Of a stretch of DNA of 64,000 bases, positions 59,400 to 64,000 are shown in pieces; the stretch's first letter is position 1; each line of letters opens with the position of its first letter. A program made the position numbers and the translations under genes. Below the pieces are notes generated by a model. It had not been told where the DNA came from, made no database searches, and was given only the letters and a program-made list of their open reading frames with translations. The stretch is from Bacteroidia bacterium. GTDB taxonomy: Bacteria > Bacteroidota > Bacteroidia > M30B66. The DNA lies in contig OZ257142.1 in assembly GCA_965279035.1 (NCBI GenBank), positions 1,216,001 to 1,280,000 on the forward strand, given 5' to 3'.

Positions 59400-60785
59400 T
59401 CAACGCATAAACCATTTTGCTAGTTTCAATTTCCATTTGAAAGGAGCATACCGAACAGGAATATCTGGGAAAAATCCTGTCCGCATAATGGCTTTGCGAT
59501 GAGAAAAAGTTTCGAAGCCAGCATGTCCATGGTAATTCCCCATTCCGCTCGTTCCAACTCCGCCAAATGGAAGTTCTGGATTTGTTAAATGAATAAGCAA
59601 TATGTTTACACCACCTCCTCCGAAACGAATGTTGGATAAATAAAATTCTTCGGTTTTACGGCTTTTTGTAAATATATAACACGAAAGTGGATAGGGATTT
59701 AAGCCAACTTGAGCGATAACTTCTTCCTTTTTTCGATACGGTATGATTGGTAAAATAGGTCCAAAAATTTCTTCACGCATACACATCGAATCTGCTGATA
59801 AATCAGTGATCAATGTTGGTTCGATATACAATTGACTTGCGTCTGTTTTGCCGCCATAAAGAATCTTTCCTTGCTCCAAATAAGAACTTAATACATCAAA
59901 TCGCTTTTGATTGATAATTCGTCCATACGAGCTGCTTTTTGAGGCATCATCTCCATAGAATTCTTTCACCCAATGAATATACTGCGCAACAAATTCATCA
60001 AACACATCCTCATGAACTAGTGCGTAATCAGGACCAATACACGTTTGTCCTGCATTCCAAAGTTTTCCCCAGGCAATTCGTTTTGCTGAAATAGAGATAT
60101 TGGCATCTTCAGCAATAATTACCGGACTCTTTCCACCTAATTCTAATGTAACAGGACTTAAATGTTCTGCCGCCATTTTCATCACGTCTTTTCCAACTTG
60201 GGCGCTGCCTGTAAAAAAGATATGATCAAATCGGTACTTTTTAATCAATTCAGTTCCAATCAAAGCGCCAGGACCTTGAATAACACAAACAAAGTTGCTC
60301 GGGAAAATTTCTGTGATTAGCTTTTCAACAATTTGTGCAGTTGTGGGAGCTTGATTTGAAGGTTTGATAAATGCACAATTTCCAGCGGCGATGGCACTAA
60401 TTAGAGGAGCCATCAATAACATAAATGGATAATTCCAAGGTCCAATAATTAGAACTACTCCAAGCGGATCTTTCAAAATAAAACTGGTCGAAGGAAAATG
60501 CACAAATGGTGTTGAGACATATTCTGTTTTGCTCCATTCATCTAAAGAACGGAGTGTATGACTGATCTCCATTTTTACGGTTCCAACTTCGCTCGAATAT
60601 GCTTCGTAGGCATGCTTTCCTAAATCAGCATTTAATGCTGCTAGAATTTCAGTTTCATAGGTTCCTAAAGCGGTGTATAAGGAGGAAAGCATCTCCTTTC
60701 GAAATGATATAGCTCTAGTTTTTCCGCTAAGAAAAAAGGATTGCTGAGACTTAAAAAGGGATTCGATTTGTTCGGATGAACTCAT
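59400..60785 (-). CDS. Aldehyde dehydrogenase (ALDH3-like)
   Basis: IGPWNYP, FTGS, LELGGKSP, NAGQTCI, EEIFGPIL, PFGGVG.SG.G.YHG. Confidence 0.95.
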   Translation of the reverse strand: MSSSEQIESLFKSQQSFFLSGKTRAISFRKEMLSSLYTALGTYETEILAALNADLGKHAYEAYSSEVGTVKMEISHTLRSLDEWSKTEYVSTPFVHFPSTSFILKDPLGVVLIIGPWNYPFMLLMAPLISAIAAGNCAFIKPSNQAPTTAQIVEKLITEIFPSNFVCVIQGPGALIGTELIKKYRFDHIFFTGSAQVGKDVMKMAAEHLSPVTLELGGKSPVIIAEDANISISAKRIAWGKLWNAGQTCIGPDYALVHEDVFDEFVAQYIHWVKEFYGDDASKSSSYGRIINQKRFDVLSSYLEQGKILYGGKTDASQLYIEPTLITDLSADSMCMREEIFGPILPIIPYRKKEEVIAQVGLNPYPLSCYIFTKSRKTEEFYLSNIRFGGGGVNILLIHLTNPELPFGGVGTSGMGNYHGHAGFETFSHRKAIMRTGFFPDIPVRYAPFKWKLKLAKWFMR

Positions 60786-60817
60786 GATGTAAATATGGAA
60801 CGAATCTCTTTAATTAT

Positions 60818-62377
60818 CTATTTTTTTAAATAACGAGCAACAGCTTCAGCACAATTTTGACCATCCATAGCCGCAGAAACAATTCCTCCAGCATATCCAG
60901 CACCTTCGCCACATGGGAAAAAACCTTGCATTTGAATATGCTGTAAAGTTTCTGCATCACGAGGAATTCTGACAGGTGTTGAGGTTCTTGATTCTACTGC
61001 GTGCAATAAAGCCTCGTTCGTAAAATATCCTTTCATCTTTTTCCCAAATGCAGGAAAAGCAGCCTGAAGTCTACTTGCTATGGCATGTGGTAAAACCTGA
61101 TTTAAATTCACCGATTTAATTCCCGGTTGATAGGAAGAATCGGGTAAACTAACACTGATTTTATTTTGGACAAAATCGACCATGCGTTGAGCAGGAGCAA
61201 CTTGAGTATTTCCTCCTGCAATACAAGATGCTTGTTCTATTGCTTGTTGAAATTTCATGCCTGCTAAAGCGCCAAATGCTTCATAAGGTTGCAAATCTTC
61301 GGGTTTAATTTCTACTACAATCCCTGAATTTGCAAATGGATTATTCCGTTTAGATGGCGACCAACCATTTGTAACTACTTCACCCGGAGAAGTAGCACAG
61401 GGAGCAATAATTCCTCCCGGACACATGCAAAATGAATATACACCTCGACCATTTACTTGATCAACGAGCGAGTAGGAGGAAGGCGGTAAATATTCTCCTC
61501 GTGAATCACAATGATACTGGATAGAATCAATTAGAGATTGTGGATGTTCGGCTCTAACCCCAATAGCAAATGGTTTAAATTCTAAATGAACTCCAGCTTG
61601 ATAGAGGATTTCATAAATATCTCTAGCCGAATGTCCCGTTGCAAGTATAATTGCTTGTGCTTGAACTGAACTTCCTGTTTGAGTTTTAATTCCTGTAAAG
61701 ACCTGATTCTTGAAATCAAAATCGCAAATCCGTGTATCAAAATGGATTTCTCCACCATGATTGAGAATGGTTTCTCGCATGGCAACAATAATCCCCGGTA
61801 ATTTATTTGTCCCAATATGAGGATGAGTATCAATCAGGATTTCTTCAACAGCACCATGAACAAAAAACGTATCTAGTACTGCCTTTATATTTCCTCGTTT
61901 GTTTGATCTCGTATAGAGTTTACCATCCGAATAAGTTCCTGCTCCACCTTCGCCAAAACAATAATTTGAGTCCGGATTAACTACATGGTTTTTATTTATA
62001 GCAGCTAAATCTCTTCTTCGATCTTTCACATTTTTTCCTCGTTCAAGAAGAATGGGTTTATACCCCAATTCAATCAAACGTAAAGCTGCAAAAAGCCCAG
62101 CTGGACCAGCACCTGCAATGATCACAGTTGGTGCATTCTTTACGTTTTTATAACTTGGAATTTGAATCGAACTTGAAGGAATTTCTTCATTTACATAAAC
62201 AGCTACTTTTAAATTGACAATAACTGTTCTGCTTCGCGCATCAATGGAACGACGCAATGGAATAACAAACAAGCGATCTGTTTGTGATAATTTCAATAAT
62301 GTTCGAAGATGTACTTTAAGAAGTTCTGGATCAAAACCCAGTTCAGGGCTCAGTGTTAACTGGAGTTCCTGATGCAT
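60818..62377 (-). CDS. FAD-dependent oxidoreductase
   Basis: GAGPAG, FGEGGAGTYSDGKL, HIGT, FCMCPGG, GEGAGYAGGIVSAAMDG. Confidence 0.9.
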   Translation of the reverse strand: MHQELQLTLSPELGFDPELLKVHLRTLLKLSQTDRLFVIPLRRSIDARSRTVIVNLKVAVYVNEEIPSSSIQIPSYKNVKNAPTVIIAGAGPAGLFAALRLIELGYKPILLERGKNVKDRRRDLAAINKNHVVNPDSNYCFGEGGAGTYSDGKLYTRSNKRGNIKAVLDTFFVHGAVEEILIDTHPHIGTNKLPGIIVAMRETILNHGGEIHFDTRICDFDFKNQVFTGIKTQTGSSVQAQAIILATGHSARDIYEILYQAGVHLEFKPFAIGVRAEHPQSLIDSIQYHCDSRGEYLPPSSYSLVDQVNGRGVYSFCMCPGGIIAPCATSPGEVVTNGWSPSKRNNPFANSGIVVEIKPEDLQPYEAFGALAGMKFQQAIEQASCIAGGNTQVAPAQRMVDFVQNKISVSLPDSSYQPGIKSVNLNQVLPHAIASRLQAAFPAFGKKMKGYFTNEALLHAVESRTSTPVRIPRDAETLQHIQMQGFFPCGEGAGYAGGIVSAAMDGQNCAEAVARYLKK

Positions 62378-62380
62378 AAT

Positions 62381-63121
62381 TTATTCAAATGTGATCGAAA
62401 AATAAATGGCTTTTGAATGCAAACTATTTAACCCAAGTGTATAGAGGTTATTATCTTGAACCAATAGGTTTTTCAAGCCATACGACATTTTAATTTCGGG
62501 AGTAAATTTGAAATATTGGGAATAGAAATCAAAACCAAAACCGATTTCATAATTAAAATCATTCCTTTTTAGCTTCAGAATTTTCTCACCCTTATCATCT
62601 ACCTTATCCTGTGAAGCAAGGTCAATAACTGGTTTGAAGCCTCCAATGATATAAGCTCTTCCATTATTTAATCGTGCTGATTTAAATTTCAAAAGAAGTG
62701 GAAATTCAAGGAATGTTGATTCAACACGCTTTGTTCTTGAAATAACAGAATCTTGTGAGACAAGCCGAATTTTATAATCCAAACGTTTTTCTCCAAAGGA
62801 CAGGGTTGGTAAAAAGCGAAGGTCAAAATTATCTCCAATGTGAAGATTTGAAATGATTCCTAATGTGAAACCAGCTGCGGCACCAGGTTCAATGGTTAAA
62901 ACAGAATCGATGTTTCTTAAATCCTTGATTGGTGTTGGGATAAAATTAAACGAGTTAGTTCCCAACAAAAAACCAAAGTGTATGGTTTGCTTATCGTAGT
63001 TAGGTAAATTCAATACTTTTCGCTTTTGAGCAGAAAGTGTTGAGGCAGAAAATCCTGTCAGCAAGAGCATCAACAGGAGGATTCGATTAGAGAACACTAT
63101 TTTGGTAATAGGTAGTTTCAA
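62381..63121 (-). CDS. porT: Type IX secretion / gliding motility protein PorT (SprT)
   Basis: NLPNYD...HFGFLLG, LRFLP.LSF, P.LLKFKS.R.NN, GFG.DFY..YFKF.PE.K; downstream of ubiE/menG. Confidence 0.85.
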   Translation of the reverse strand: MKLPITKIVFSNRILLLMLLLTGFSASTLSAQKRKVLNLPNYDKQTIHFGFLLGTNSFNFIPTPIKDLRNIDSVLTIEPGAAAGFTLGIISNLHIGDNFDLRFLPTLSFGEKRLDYKIRLVSQDSVISRTKRVESTFLEFPLLLKFKSARLNNGRAYIIGGFKPVIDLASQDKVDDKGEKILKLKRNDFNYEIGFGFDFYSQYFKFTPEIKMSYGLKNLLVQDNNLYTLGLNSLHSKAIYFSITFE

Positions 63122-63137
63122 CGCAAAACCGTGTAAA

Positions 63138-63860
63138 TTATTTTATTCCTGTGTACAGACTTACGATTCCGAAAGTTACACGCTTTGCTTGCAATCCTTT
63201 GAAACCACTATTCTTAGCAATGGAAAGAAATTGATCTCCTTCGGGAAATGCATTAACCGATTCGTATAAATAACGATAGGCTGCATTGTCTTTCGAAACC
63301 ACTTTCCCCCACCAAGGGCAAAAGTACCTGAAATAGAAATCATAAAGTTGCCTAATTGGAAAAATTCTTGGACGAGAAAATTCAAGAATCACCACTTTAC
63401 CTCCTGGTTTCATTACGCGTTGCATTTCGTCCAATCCTTTACTTAATGTTTCAAAATTTCGAACACCAAATGCAACGGTAATAACATCAAACGTATTCGA
63501 TTCAAAGGGTAGGTTTTCTGAATCTCCTTGCTGCAATTGAATTAATTCCTCTAAACCATTCTTCTTCACTTTAATTCTTCCAACAGCCAACATCCCTTCC
63601 GAAATATCTACTCCAACAATTGCTTTAGGTTTTAGTTTACTTGCTGCGATCGCAACATCTGCTGTACCTGTTGCAATATCTAAAAGCTTTTCAATGTGAA
63701 GTCCTTTTAATTCCTTCATCATTTTCTTTCTCCACCAAATATCAATACCAAAGGAAAGTGATCGATTTAAAAAGTCATACTTGGAAGAAATGTTATCAAA
63801 CATCTGTTCCACTTGTTTTTTCTTTGTCTCTGATGAGCCTTCGTATGGGGTAACTTTCAT
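63138..63860 (-). CDS. ubiE: Demethylmenaquinone methyltransferase (UbiE/MenG)
   Basis: MFD.I...YD.LN..LSFG.D.WWR, LDIATGT, AFGVRN, ILEFS, Y.YL.ES; start at ATG 63860. Confidence 0.95.
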   Translation of the reverse strand: MKVTPYEGSSETKKKQVEQMFDNISSKYDFLNRSLSFGIDIWWRKKMMKELKGLHIEKLLDIATGTADVAIAASKLKPKAIVGVDISEGMLAVGRIKVKKNGLEELIQLQQGDSENLPFESNTFDVITVAFGVRNFETLSKGLDEMQRVMKPGGKVVILEFSRPRIFPIRQLYDFYFRYFCPWWGKVVSKDNAAYRYLYESVNAFPEGDQFLSIAKNSGFKGLQAKRVTFGIVSLYTGIK

Positions 63861-63905
63861 GGTGAAGTGAAACATCGCCGGAGCGTGCTTTGTTCTTTGA
63901 AATTC

Positions 63906-64000
63906 TTATTCCGGGATTTTCTTTAATTCGACCAATGCTTCGGAAAATAGTGAAGCCGCATCAACTGGAACAACGCCAGGTTTTTCGCATACACTTCCTC
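63906..64000 (-). CDS. 3' end of a probable PfkB-family heptose-7-phosphate kinase (RfaE/HldE domain I); partial
   Basis: Minus-strand frame reads GSVCEKPGVVPVDAASLFSEALVELKKIPE-stop; only 30 codons are visible. Confidence 0.5.
   Translation of the reverse strand, partial: GSVCEKPGVVPVDAASLFSEALVELKKIPE

Overview
A mostly housekeeping, AT-rich chromosomal segment of a Bacteroidota bacterium. The assignment rests on T9SS components PorQ and PorT, three T9SS-sorted proteins, repeated TAnnTTTG -7 promoter elements and no obvious Shine-Dalgarno motifs. In order, the window holds: a DUF433/DUF5615 toxin-antitoxin pair; trmH-like and mutS genes; tRNA-Gly(GCC) and tRNA-Leu(TAA) flanking a secreted Asp-box propeller gene; waaA; a 10-gene nucleotide-sugar operon (Wbp-type set, ugd, UDP-xylose synthase, galE, rfbB, PHP phosphatase); fabD; porQ-cmk-ispH-[orphan kinase]-rpsA; pyrR-pyrB; rnz; miaA; CCA enzyme; dapD; an M16 peptidase pair; guaB; a PPIase/SurA-MoxR cluster; long-form GAPDH; degP; dapF; aldehyde dehydrogenase; porT; and menG/ubiE. 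I found no transposase, integrase, phage gene or CRISPR array. The most unusual object is a 1515-aa exported fusion of an intact oligopeptidase B (S9A) to a CarboxypepD_reg/DUF5686-type outer-membrane protein, directly after dapF and a possible permuted papain-like small protein. Non-coding points of interest are tandem tRNA-Leu 3'-end copies interrupted by an 18-bp palindrome, a Flavo-1-like structured element, and structured leaders on rpsA and guaB. All family assignments come from motif recognition by eye; no database search was run.
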